Shown here: positions 9,830 to 18,463 of the stretch, piece after piece
How the letters are laid out: each line of letters opens with the position of its first letter
Position numbering within the stretch: the first letter of the stretch is position 1
Assembly: GCA_963665125.2 (NCBI GenBank)
Contig: CAXXUK010000001.1
Coordinates: 32,001 to 96,000, forward strand
Origin: an uncultured Desulfarculus sp.
Lineage (GTDB): Bacteria; Desulfobacterota; Desulfarculia; Desulfarculales; Desulfarculaceae
DNA length: 64,000 bases
Reading direction: 5' to 3'
Translations under genes and position numbers: made by a program
Notes under the pieces: generated by a model
What the model was told of the DNA's origin: nothing
Database searches by the model: none
What the model saw: only the letters and a program-made list of their open reading frames with translations

Positions 9830-10774
9830 GTGCTACAAAACAACAATCTGATTGCCGTGTCAAGCCGGTGCGCGGGCCTTGTCCGGTCCGGGCAAACGCG
9901 GCCGGAAAATCTATGGCTGCACAACTTCATCAGCCCCAACACCAAGGCCGCCTACCGGCAGGCCGTGCTTAGCTTTGTTCAGTTCGCCGGTTTGACCGGG
10001 CCTGATGACCTGCGGCGCGTGGATCGCGGTGTGGTGCTGGCCTGGCGCGGGCACATGGAGGCCCAGAGCCTTGCGCCGCGCACCATCCGCGCCCGGCTGG
10101 CCGCCCTTAGCTCGCTGTTCGGGGAGCTGTGCGAGGCTCAACTCATCGTCCTTAACCCCTGCCACGGCCTCAAGCGCCCCAGCGTCAATGACCGCCAGGT
10201 GGAGAGCGTTCTTCTGACCAAGGCCCAGGCTAGGCGTCTATTGGCAGCGCCCGACCCCGGCACCCTGGCGGGCAAACGCGACCTGGCCATCCTGGGCGTG
10301 CTGCTCTACACCGGGGCCAGGATCAGCGAAGCAGCCGGGCTCAAGGTGCGTGACTTGTTCGAAGACGCTGGTTTCTGGGTCCTGCGCTACCGTATTAAGG
10401 GCGGCAAGAGCATCCGCAATCCGCTGAGTAGCCAACTCCTGTATTGGCTGCGGCAGTGGCTGGAGGCGGCCGGGCACGGCCTTGAGGACGATAGCCCGCT
10501 GTTTCTACCGGTGAAGCCGTTCGGGCCGAGGCGACACCTGCGGCGGCTACAAATCCAGCGAGTCTTCGACAAATACGCCCGCCTGGCCGAACTGCCCGCC
10601 AAGGCCACGCCCCACTCCTGTCGGGCAACATTCGCCAGCCACGCCCTGGACGCCGGGGTGCCCATCGAGCTGGTGCAAGAGGCCCTGGGCCACGCCAGCA
10701 TTGCCACTACGCGCAAATATTGCAAGAAGCCCACCGCCTACCAAGAGGCGGCGACCCTACGTATTCATTATTAA
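9830..10774 (+). CDS. Tyrosine recombinase (XerD/resolvase-like); exact start uncertain
   Basis: YTGARISE, IKGGK, HSCR, LGHASIATTRKY catalytic residues; N-terminal core-binding domain. Confidence 0.92.
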   Translation: MLQNNNLIAVSSRCAGLVRSGQTRPENLWLHNFISPNTKAAYRQAVLSFVQFAGLTGPDDLRRVDRGVVLAWRGHMEAQSLAPRTIRARLAALSSLFGELCEAQLIVLNPCHGLKRPSVNDRQVESVLLTKAQARRLLAAPDPGTLAGKRDLAILGVLLYTGARISEAAGLKVRDLFEDAGFWVLRYRIKGGKSIRNPLSSQLLYWLRQWLEAAGHGLEDDSPLFLPVKPFGPRRHLRRLQIQRVFDKYARLAELPAKATPHSCRATFASHALDAGVPIELVQEALGHASIATTRKYCKKPTAYQEAATLRIHY

Positions 10775-10782
10775 TTAAAACC

Positions 10783-11022
10783 ATGTCCAGATTTTGGGAT
10801 GAAGTCGACGCAACCGGCCGCTTCGAGCTGCGGCAATCCAGCCGTGTGCTGGCCGCCGCCCAGCCCTCGAGCAGGGCGGCCGTACGCACCCTGCGCCTGT
10901 GGGCCAGCAGGCAAGACAGCGCGCGCCTGCACTGGCGGCAATTCGGCAGACTGCGCGTAGCATGGAAGCGGTGGTTATTGCGGTTTCGGGTGCCGGGGTA
11001 TGAGGCGATCAATCCCCGATAA
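10783..11022 (+). CDS. Small hypothetical protein
   Basis: 79-codon ORF directly after the recombinase; no motif recognised. Confidence 0.3.
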   Translation: MSRFWDEVDATGRFELRQSSRVLAAAQPSSRAAVRTLRLWASRQDSARLHWRQFGRLRVAWKRWLLRFRVPGYEAINPR

Positions 11023-11887
11023 ACTCCTCAAATGAATTATCTAAAAACGCCAGAGTCGCGTCAAACTCCCTGCTCAGCAGCTCCAGCACATCGTTGTTGT
11101 GATGGCGGATTTCATTGTTTTCCTTGAGTGCGGCCAGGGAAAACCACTGCCAGGTTACATCCCGCACGGTGAATCGCCGCTGCAATAGGTGCTCGGGCGG
11201 TACGTCGATCTTCACAGGGCAATAGATGAAGTGATAGCGGGCAAACCTGCCATATTTGACGATCTTTTCCTTATCCGCCGTTTCCTTGATGGTGGAGCTT
11301 TTTAGCCTATCGTTGGCCGGATCATAGGCCAGGGTGATACTGGCGGCCGGGATGGCCAGGCGCTCGGCCAAGAGCATGCGCAGCTTTGCCTCCACGTCAT
11401 CGCCCTGGGGCGTGTTCACGTTGGGGAAGAGCAGCATCTGCCAGTCCGAGCTGAAATAGTTCAACAGTAGCGGCGTACCGTCCGTTCCTCTCGCCTTGAT
11501 GAAAAACACCACTTTATAGACCTGCCGAACCGTGGAGGCGTCGCCCACCCCGCGCTCGCCCACATACAGTCCCAGCTTTGCCTGGAAATCGGCCAAGGGC
11601 AGGGACGGATCGGTTAGGTGGTCGGCTGAGATTCCGTCAGGTTCAAAACAATACGCGGCGATCTCGGCCATGGTCCGGGCGCTGCGTTTTACGTTCTTCC
11701 CCTGAAGCCGTTTTTTGAAGGTGTCAAACTCGATGCCCATGCATTTGGCATACTTGGCGTCGTCGTGAATCCTGGCTAGCTCCTTTGCTGAAGCCATCAT
11801 CCGCTCATGGGCCGTTACTTGGCCTATACCTTCTTTCCTTATCAATGCGCCGAGTTTGTCGGCGAAAAGCTTCCCTTCGTCGTTCAT
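11009..11887 (-). CDS. Hypothetical protein: N-terminal HTH-like region plus C-terminal NUDIX-like domain
   Basis: GGAG ribosome-binding site; YAKCMGIEFDTFKKRL helix pattern; LLNY..W.MLLFPN ... WQWFSLAALK..N.DV pattern. Confidence 0.6.
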   Translation of the reverse strand: MNDEGKLFADKLGALIRKEGIGQVTAHERMMASAKELARIHDDAKYAKCMGIEFDTFKKRLQGKNVKRSARTMAEIAAYCFEPDGISADHLTDPSLPLADFQAKLGLYVGERGVGDASTVRQVYKVVFFIKARGTDGTPLLLNYFSSDWQMLLFPNVNTPQGDDVEAKLRMLLAERLAIPAASITLAYDPANDRLKSSTIKETADKEKIVKYGRFARYHFIYCPVKIDVPPEHLLQRRFTVRDVTWQWFSLAALKENNEIRHHNNDVLELLSREFDATLAFLDNSFEEFIGD

Positions 11888-11984
11888 TGCTCCCCCCATA
11901 CCTCCCCCAGGTTCCCCCAAGGCTCCGCGCGAGAAAAATCACGCGGCTCTACTCTTGGATCAACCCAAGCGGAGGTGAAACACG

Positions 11985-12335
11985 ATGCTCAATCCAAACG
12001 AGACCCGACACGATAACCCACGGCCCGCCCAGGGGCAAGCCCGGAGGCGTCCCTGCCGTCTGGCTCATCCTCCCCGGCGTCTGCCGCCCCTTTCCCTGCA
12101 CGCCCGCCGCCGCGCCAAGCAGCGTGACATTTCCCCTGAGGCCATCCGTGCCGCATTCGATCACGGCACCCGCGCCATTAAAAGTAACGCCTATTATTTT
12201 CAGCTTCGGGACAAAGACGTGGTCCGCGTGGGCCTGCCGGACCTGGCCCGCTGGATCGGCACCACTGTGGTGGTCAGCCTGGACCGCCGCGCCGTGCTTA
12301 CCGTCTTCAATGTCCTGGCCGCCCACGCCGCCTGA
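11985..12335 (+). CDS. DUF4258-like small protein
   Basis: GGAGG ribosome-binding site; SLHARRRAKQRDIS..I..A..HG and terminal VVV...VLTVF pattern. Confidence 0.65.
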   Translation: MLNPNETRHDNPRPAQGQARRRPCRLAHPPRRLPPLSLHARRRAKQRDISPEAIRAAFDHGTRAIKSNAYYFQLRDKDVVRVGLPDLARWIGTTVVVSLDRRAVLTVFNVLAAHAA

Positions 12336-12348
12336 AACGGAGGAAGCC

Positions 12349-12906
12349 ATGTTTTTAAGCCGCAAAAAGCCCCGCGCCCTGCCCCTGGCAGGCGGCAACT
12401 CCAACCCCAAACCCAAGGCGACCCAGTGGAGCCAGGCTGATCTGCCCTCGGGCCTGCTCACCGACTCCCTGAATCATTTCCGCCGGGCGCACAAGGACTC
12501 CCTGCGGGAAATCTACATCTCCAGTCAGGCGGCAGCGCCCCTTTGCCAGGCCAATGTGGATAGCGCCAAAGCCATGATGTGCGCCCTGATCGAGCAAGCG
12601 GCCCATGACTTTCAGGCCCAGGCTCAGAGCTTGAACCACGAGGCGGCCGCCCTGCTGGCCCAGGTGGAACTGAGCCCGGAGCATATGGAGGCACTGCGGG
12701 TCGAACGCGAGGCCAAGCCCGAGCCCTCGCCCCGCTTGAGCGAGGGTGCTTCGGCCAAGACCCTGCCTGAAGCTCCGGCCAAGCGCCGGGGTAGGCCCAA
12801 GAAGCAACTGGCCCAGCAGGCCAAACCAGTCAGGCCCGACGATGACCTGCGCTATGAGGAATCCACGCCCCTTGAAACCGGCCGCAAAGCAGGAGGTGAC
12901 CGATGA
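12349..12906 (+). CDS. Hypothetical protein with an AT-hook-like motif
   Basis: GGAGG ribosome-binding site; KRRGRPKK; ATGA overlap with the next gene. Confidence 0.7.
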   Translation: MFLSRKKPRALPLAGGNSNPKPKATQWSQADLPSGLLTDSLNHFRRAHKDSLREIYISSQAAAPLCQANVDSAKAMMCALIEQAAHDFQAQAQSLNHEAAALLAQVELSPEHMEALRVEREAKPEPSPRLSEGASAKTLPEAPAKRRGRPKKQLAQQAKPVRPDDDLRYEESTPLETGRKAGGDR

Positions 12907-13898
12907 GCAAGCAGACCACGACTGAATCCGGCCCCCAAAGCGGGCTGCACGGTGAACTGAAGTTGGCCGAGGCCAGGTTGCTGCCCGCCCGCCTGCGGGT
13001 GATGGTGGCGGGAATGATCCTGGCCGTGACCATTCCCCTGGAGTGGGCCTTCGGCTTTGACTTTTTCGCCGAGTTCGGCAGGGACGCCCTGGGCGAGATA
13101 GGCGGTTTTGATCTGGCCATAGCGGCGCTAAAGGGGCTGATGCTGCTTAGCGCGGTGGTGATCCTCAAATACGCCTTGCAGGCTCTGAGCGCCGATGCGC
13201 GCAAAAAGCTGTTCTGGACCGCCGGGGCTCTCACCGTGGTCATGCTGCTGGGCGTGGGCCTGGCCCGGAACGACTTGATGCATCTGCGCCATCTGGAGCT
13301 GGGCGGCAGCGGCGAGATAGCCGTCGACGCCGAGTTGGCTGCTCTGGGCCTGGAGACGCAGGCGAACGAATCTGCTCAGAGCCTGGCCGACACACCCACT
13401 GCGGCCGACCTGCAAAACGATCTGCTCAGCCACACCGCCTTTCTGGCCATGGCCTACATCCTGATAAGCCTGGGCAGCGCCGTGTGCCTGGTGGAAATCC
13501 TGGAGCAGTGGCCCAGCCTGAAGATGCTGGCCTTTGTGCGCGGCCGCCTGCAAATCCTGGAGCGCATCGCCGTGTTGCAGCGGGCCGCCGCCGAAGCCGC
13601 TCTAGCCGCCGAGACCATCGGGCGCAACCGCTTGGTCTTGATGCGGGCGGCCCAGGACATGATCATCCGCGCCCATCTCGACGGCCTGTCCTACGTGCCC
13701 TGGTGGCGCAATGTATTCGAGATGTATCACCTCGCCGACAGCGCCAAGTTCAACAAAAAGCAGGTCTACGGCCTGCGCTGGATGCGCGCTGTGAACATCG
13801 AGGCGGCGGACAAGAAAGAGGCCGCCTGCCTGGAGGCGCTCAAGGCCCTGAAGCTCGTCGAACCCGAACCCCAGCCCACGGAGGCCGACCATGACTAA
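12903..13898 (+). CDS. Hypothetical membrane protein (about 4 TM segments plus helical C-terminus)
   Basis: AGGAGG ribosome-binding site; four hydrophobic segments; coupled within the operon. Confidence 0.8.
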   Translation: MSKQTTTESGPQSGLHGELKLAEARLLPARLRVMVAGMILAVTIPLEWAFGFDFFAEFGRDALGEIGGFDLAIAALKGLMLLSAVVILKYALQALSADARKKLFWTAGALTVVMLLGVGLARNDLMHLRHLELGGSGEIAVDAELAALGLETQANESAQSLADTPTAADLQNDLLSHTAFLAMAYILISLGSAVCLVEILEQWPSLKMLAFVRGRLQILERIAVLQRAAAEAALAAETIGRNRLVLMRAAQDMIIRAHLDGLSYVPWWRNVFEMYHLADSAKFNKKQVYGLRWMRAVNIEAADKKEAACLEALKALKLVEPEPQPTEADHD

Positions 13899-14559
13899 GA
13901 AAACAATACTTGTCCTGCTGATGACCCTGTGCCTGGCCGAGCCTGTGGCCGCCCGAGGCAAGACCGTGATCGTGCTGCTGGACCTCAGCGGCAGCACGGC
14001 CCACATCACCAGCGGCTCGTTCGCGGCCAAGGCTGGGGCATACGTGGCCCGCCAGGTGGCCGGGTTGCCCCTGGGCTCGCGGGTCAGCCTGCGCACCTTT
14101 GGCCAGGCCGACGCTACAGCCAACGGCCTGGCTCTGGACTACACCTTGACCAAGCGGCGGGGGCAAAAACCCCGAGAGGTGGCTACCAAGCTGGCCAAAG
14201 TTCTGGCCGCCGTGCCCAAGCTGGCCGCCAGCGGCAAGCTCAAGGTTCAGGACCGGACCCAGATCATCCGCGCCCTTTACGACCTCTCAAGCCTGGTCAG
14301 GGGCGGCGAGGCCCGTCTGATCATCATCAGCGACATGCTCGAATACAGCCCGGACGCCAACTGCTACCGTCTGGCCGCTTACAACTCCGGTGGGTTGCCA
14401 GCGCCGCCCGCCGGGCTCTTGGCCGGTACCCGAGTTTTGGCCATTGGTTGCGGCTATGGCCTCAATACCGCCGCCCAGAGCCGCCGCTTGAAGGAGCTTT
14501 GGTCCCGCTGGTTTGAGCAGGCCGGTGCGGCTGAATTCGTGGCCATCCCCAGGCTGTAA
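13891..14559 (+). CDS. Exported von Willebrand factor A domain protein
   Basis: Signal peptide; VIVLLDLSGS MIDAS motif; T in DRTQI; LIIISDM. Confidence 0.8.
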   Translation: MTKKTILVLLMTLCLAEPVAARGKTVIVLLDLSGSTAHITSGSFAAKAGAYVARQVAGLPLGSRVSLRTFGQADATANGLALDYTLTKRRGQKPREVATKLAKVLAAVPKLAASGKLKVQDRTQIIRALYDLSSLVRGGEARLIIISDMLEYSPDANCYRLAAYNSGGLPAPPAGLLAGTRVLAIGCGYGLNTAAQSRRLKELWSRWFEQAGAAEFVAIPRL

Positions 14560-14569
14560 GGAGGCGGAC

Positions 14570-14917
14570 ATGAGTATGAAACAGTTTATGCGCGGCATGG
14601 TCACCGGCGTCGCGCCGGTAAAGCAGGCCACCGAGGAACAACGGGAAAAGCTGCGCAAGGTGGGCATTAAGCCCGCCATGAGTCTGACTCAGGATCAGGC
14701 CACCAAGCTGCTCAAGGATTACCACAGCGCCAAGCAGATGGAACTGAGCAACGAACTGCTGAGCTTGAGGGTGCGTGACGCCAAGCAGGCGCGCAAAGAA
14801 AGAAAAAAACGCCAGGAGGAGGCTCGAAATCGCGCCGCCCAATTGGATCAAGACCGCAAGGAGCGGGAGGCCAAACAAGAACTGGCCAGAAACAACGGTC
14901 CGGAACTGGAGCGATGA
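14570..14917 (+). CDS. Small basic coiled-coil protein
   Basis: AAGGAGG ribosome-binding site; charged helical C-terminus; ATGA overlap. Confidence 0.7.
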   Translation: MSMKQFMRGMVTGVAPVKQATEEQREKLRKVGIKPAMSLTQDQATKLLKDYHSAKQMELSNELLSLRVRDAKQARKERKKRQEEARNRAAQLDQDRKEREAKQELARNNGPELER

Positions 14918-15195
14918 AGATGAAAGATTTTCTGAGCAAGACGTACCGAGGACTCTACCGCGTGGGCCTGTGGCTGCTGGCGCGGCGAAAGCTTGCCGTA
15001 CCCGTGGGCGTATGCCTTTTGATCTGGCTGGCCGTGCAGACCGGTTGGTTCGCCCGGCTGACCAACACCGTGGCCGCTGGAGCCATAAGCGTGCTGGACA
15101 GCCTCATGGCCGCCCTGGTCAGCGTGGCCGGACCGCTCATCGCCTTGTGGTTGATCTGGGCGGCTGTCAAGCGGCTCTTCGGCGGCAAATGGTAA
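14914..15195 (+). CDS. Small membrane protein (2-3 TM segments)
   Basis: Hydrophobic segments; translationally coupled to the upstream gene. Confidence 0.7.
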   Translation: MKMKDFLSKTYRGLYRVGLWLLARRKLAVPVGVCLLIWLAVQTGWFARLTNTVAAGAISVLDSLMAALVSVAGPLIALWLIWAAVKRLFGGKW

Positions 15196-15231
15196 CGATT
15201 TGCTATAATTGGCGGGCCATTAACCCGCCAA

Positions 15232-16674
15232 ATGATCCGCCGATTTTTCCACGAATTACTAGGCCGCGAAGACCCGGCCAAGAGGAGCAGCATGGCCCGC
15301 GCCAGATTCATGAGCAAATGGGATGTCCCCCAAATCCTCAACAAAATAGAGGATGGGATACGCTTTGCCCCCGGCCGTTTTCTGAATGTAGCTAACTCCT
15401 GCAAGAACGCTGTCATCGTGGGCACGGTGGGATCGGGCAAATCCAGCACCCAGATCATCCCCAACCTGCTGGAGGTGGACGCCAACTTTGTGGTCACCGA
15501 CCTGGCCGGAGAGCTGTTCATGAAGACCAGCGGTTGGCTGGAATCCCAAGGCTACACCGTCTATAAACTGGACTTCGAGAATCCGCAGGACTCGCACGGT
15601 TTCAATCCCCTGCTTCGCAACCGTGGCGATCATCACGCCCTGCAACGCATGGCCGCCAGCATCGTGGACCATGCCTACCCCAAGGAGCAGAGCTTCTGGA
15701 CCTCGGACGCCAAGGCCCTGATCAATATTGTCTTCCGAGCCCTTGCCAACTACATGCTCGAAGAATACAACGAAGAAGGCGAGGTGGTAGAAGTCCTTGC
15801 CAAAAACCACATCAACTTCTCAAACGCCGAATACCTGTGCAATGGCGTGGGCCACAAACCGGTGAATGACTTCATCGCAGAACACCTGGACGATGACCAG
15901 CTTTTCGCCAAGTACCGGGCCATATGCAACTATGGCGATAATCAGCGTTCGGGAGTGACCGCCACGGCCTCGGCCGCGCTGGCTCCGTTCAATGATCCGG
16001 CCACGGCCCGCATCACCTGCCACGACGATCTTGATTTGAGCAAATTCGACCTGGGCAAGGCCGTGCTTTACATCTGCGTGCCGGAAAACAAGCAGGCCTA
16101 TTACTCGCTGATCATCAGTCTCATCGCCGAGGCTATATTCGACGCGCTCATGGCCCGGCCCGTGGAAGGCTCCGACGCCTACAAAGGGCTCCGTTTCACC
16201 CTTCTGGCCTTGGACGAATTCGGCCAACTATATCTACCGACATTTCCGGCCGTTTGCACAACCCTCAGAAAACGCAAATGCGGCATCATGATCGCCCTTC
16301 AGGACTTTGGCCAGCTCACCGACAAGTACGGCCAGGCAGCCGCCCGGACCATGCTTTCGGGCGGCCTGGTCAGCAAGCTTGTCCTGCCGGGCCTTGGCGT
16401 GGAGACGTGCGAGGCGGTGAGCCGCTCTCTGGGCCAGACCACGATGCAAGACAACAACACGGGCCGAAGCGTCAGCGAGCCGCTGATGTACCCCGATGAA
16501 ATCCGCATGCTCGAGCAAAACCAGGCAGTGCTCATCCACGGTAACAAACCGCCGATCCAGCTTGAAAACGTCCTGCCATATTTCCAGGAAAACAAGCTCA
16601 AGAAACGCTCGAAGATGCCCCCGGCTGCCATCAAGGCCGAGGAGCACGAGCCTAAATTGCTGAAGTTGGCCTGA
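15232..16674 (+). CDS. VirD4/TraG-family type IV coupling protein ATPase
   Basis: VGTVGSGKS Walker A, IIPNLL, FNPL, SFW, LALDEFGQL Walker B, LRKR, LQDFGQL..KYG, LMYPDEIR. Confidence 0.9.
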   Translation: MIRRFFHELLGREDPAKRSSMARARFMSKWDVPQILNKIEDGIRFAPGRFLNVANSCKNAVIVGTVGSGKSSTQIIPNLLEVDANFVVTDLAGELFMKTSGWLESQGYTVYKLDFENPQDSHGFNPLLRNRGDHHALQRMAASIVDHAYPKEQSFWTSDAKALINIVFRALANYMLEEYNEEGEVVEVLAKNHINFSNAEYLCNGVGHKPVNDFIAEHLDDDQLFAKYRAICNYGDNQRSGVTATASAALAPFNDPATARITCHDDLDLSKFDLGKAVLYICVPENKQAYYSLIISLIAEAIFDALMARPVEGSDAYKGLRFTLLALDEFGQLYLPTFPAVCTTLRKRKCGIMIALQDFGQLTDKYGQAAARTMLSGGLVSKLVLPGLGVETCEAVSRSLGQTTMQDNNTGRSVSEPLMYPDEIRMLEQNQAVLIHGNKPPIQLENVLPYFQENKLKKRSKMPPAAIKAEEHEPKLLKLA

Positions 16675-16719
16675 TGAAACGCAATCTTTTCCGCCGAACT
16701 TTGAAAGGATGAGTGCCGG

Positions 16720-17082
16720 ATGCTTGATGTCTTATATGCCGAACTTGGCCGACCGGTCACGGTGGAGCAGTTGGCCGAATACTTGGAGGTTGACGCCGAC
16801 TACGTCAGAAAGCATCATAAAGCATTCGGTGGAATCCGCCCTCCAGGGGGACGACGCATCTGGTTTTTCGAGAACCTGATTGCCGAGTCCGTAAGGAGGG
16901 CCTTAGATGGCGACCAAAATAACGAAGAAAGGAAAGACTCGCTGGTACGCGAGGGTTCAGAAGGACGGCAGGATCAAGACGAAGCTGTGCCGCTCCAGGG
17001 CCGAGGCTCTGGAGTGGGAGGCCAATCTCAGAGGAACGGAGGATTGGGGTCAGACCCCCATCGACTCCTTGACTCTGCATGA
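16720..17082 (+). CDS. Excisionase-like HTH protein
   Basis: VTVEQLAEYLEVDADYVRK; immediately upstream of and overlapping the integrase. Confidence 0.7.
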   Translation: MLDVLYAELGRPVTVEQLAEYLEVDADYVRKHHKAFGGIRPPGGRRIWFFENLIAESVRRALDGDQNNEERKDSLVREGSEGRQDQDEAVPLQGRGSGVGGQSQRNGGLGSDPHRLLDSA

Positions 17083-17989
17083 ATGGGCCAGCAAGTACCT
17101 GGACCATGCCCAACTCAGGTTTTCGCCCAAAACCTATCAGGAGAAACGGGCATTATTCAAACGTTTGCTCGAAACAATGGGACCGCAGAAGACGGTGGTC
17201 AGTATGACCCCCAAAACCGTTCTGGGCTTCCTGATGAAACAATCGGGCAAACGCTCGGGCTGCTCGCTCAACAAGGACCGCAAAAACATCCAGGCTGCCT
17301 GGAACTGGGGCGTCAAGTATCTTGGCCTGCCCTATTTCAACCCGGCGGCCGTGGTGGAGCGGTTCCCGGAGCAACGCAGACCCCGCTATGTGCCGCCCGA
17401 GGAGGACTTCTGGAAGGTCTTTGACCTGGCGGAAGGCCAGGACAAGGTCATGCTGGCCGTGGCGCTGTACACGGCGGCCCGCAGGGGTGAGATTTTCCGG
17501 CTCACCTGGCCGGATGTGGATTTCAGTCAGAACCGCATCCGGCTCTACACCAGGAAACGCCGGGATGGCAGCCTTGAGTTCGACTGGCTGCCCCTGGCCG
17601 GAGAGCTTAGGGATTACCTGCGCTGGTGGTGGGAACACCGCCCCTTCAAACGCTCGCCCCATGTTTTCGCAGTGGAAGATGAAGGACAGGCAGGCACCGG
17701 GTATCTGGGAGAGCCTTTCAAGGTCAGAAGAACTTTTCTGAAGAAGCTCTGTGAAAAAGCTGAAGTCTACCCCTTCGGCTTCCATGGCATACGCCACCTG
17801 ACTGCGACGATCCTTTATCAGAAGGGCTACCCCGTGGCGGTAATCCAGTTGATTCTGCGGCATAAGAACGCCACAACCACCACCCGCTATTTGCACAGCC
17901 TGGGGGTGGAGGAGGTCAGGCCCGCTCTGGAGAGCCTGGGCAGGCAAAAAGCGGACGTGATCCGGCTGCCGGAGAGGCAGCGGCTGTAG
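16907..17989 (+). CDS. Tyrosine integrase
   Basis: YTAARRGE, FHGIRH, ILRHKNATTTTRY; AAGGAGG ribosome-binding site; adjacent to a tRNA 3' end. Confidence 0.95.
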   Translation: MATKITKKGKTRWYARVQKDGRIKTKLCRSRAEALEWEANLRGTEDWGQTPIDSLTLHEWASKYLDHAQLRFSPKTYQEKRALFKRLLETMGPQKTVVSMTPKTVLGFLMKQSGKRSGCSLNKDRKNIQAAWNWGVKYLGLPYFNPAAVVERFPEQRRPRYVPPEEDFWKVFDLAEGQDKVMLAVALYTAARRGEIFRLTWPDVDFSQNRIRLYTRKRRDGSLEFDWLPLAGELRDYLRWWWEHRPFKRSPHVFAVEDEGQAGTGYLGEPFKVRRTFLKKLCEKAEVYPFGFHGIRHLTATILYQKGYPVAVIQLILRHKNATTTTRYLHSLGVEEVRPALESLGRQKADVIRLPERQRL

Positions 17990-18028
17990 CCTGGCTGTAG
18001 TCAAACTGTAGTCAGAACTGTAGTCAAA
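17984..18028 (+). repeat. Four CTGTAG(TCA) direct repeats, probable integrase arm-type sites
   Basis: Copies at 17984, 17995, 18006 and 18018. Confidence 0.7.
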
Positions 18029-18071
18029 GAAAAACGGGCCAGCCCGCGAAGAGCTAACCCGTTGATATCGT

Positions 18072-18149
<78 letters not shown>

Positions 18150-18165
18150 GTTTATAACAATATGT

Positions 18166-18241
18166 TGGTGGGCCGTGCGTGGATCGAACACGCGACTCTC
18201 TGCTTAAAAGGCAGATACTCTACCGGCTGAGTTAACGGCCC
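18166..18241 (-). tRNA. tRNA-Lys (UUU)
   Basis: GGGCCGT/ACGGCCC acceptor stem, CTTTTAA anticodon loop, GTTCGATCC, encoded CCA. Confidence 0.97.
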
Positions 18242-18259
18242 ACGCCAAACGGCCAAGGT

Positions 18260-18288
18260 TAATTACCATGGAGCCCTCATAGTGTCAA
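18260..18288 (-). promoter_or_regulatory. Sigma70 promoter of the tRNA pair
   Basis: TTGACA-N17-TAATTA on the minus strand. Confidence 0.6.
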
Positions 18289-18463
18289 GACCGTGGAGGG
18301 CGGTTGTTTAATCCTTGGTTCCATTGTTCTACACTATATACCATAAATCTGTATCTTGCCTCTCAATGCCGCATGGACACGGCATTGCAATGACATGGTG
18401 TATTATGCTAATGAAAAACCAGTATCCCAGGTCTCTATTACTGTTATTAAGGAGCCGTCATAG

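Noticed and set aside
8829..10774. CRISPR-associated transposon or RNA-guided integrase formed by cas7, the array and the recombinase
   Set aside because: No TnsB/TnsC/TniQ; cas7 is truncated and frameshifted; the recombinase has its own promoter and site. Adjacency alone is not evidence.
11785..12348. N-terminal half of the 373-aa ORF
   Set aside because: It overlaps two better-supported genes; a strong ribosome-binding site supports a start at 12349.
9830..17989. Prophage
   Set aside because: No capsid, terminase, tail or lysis genes are recognisable.
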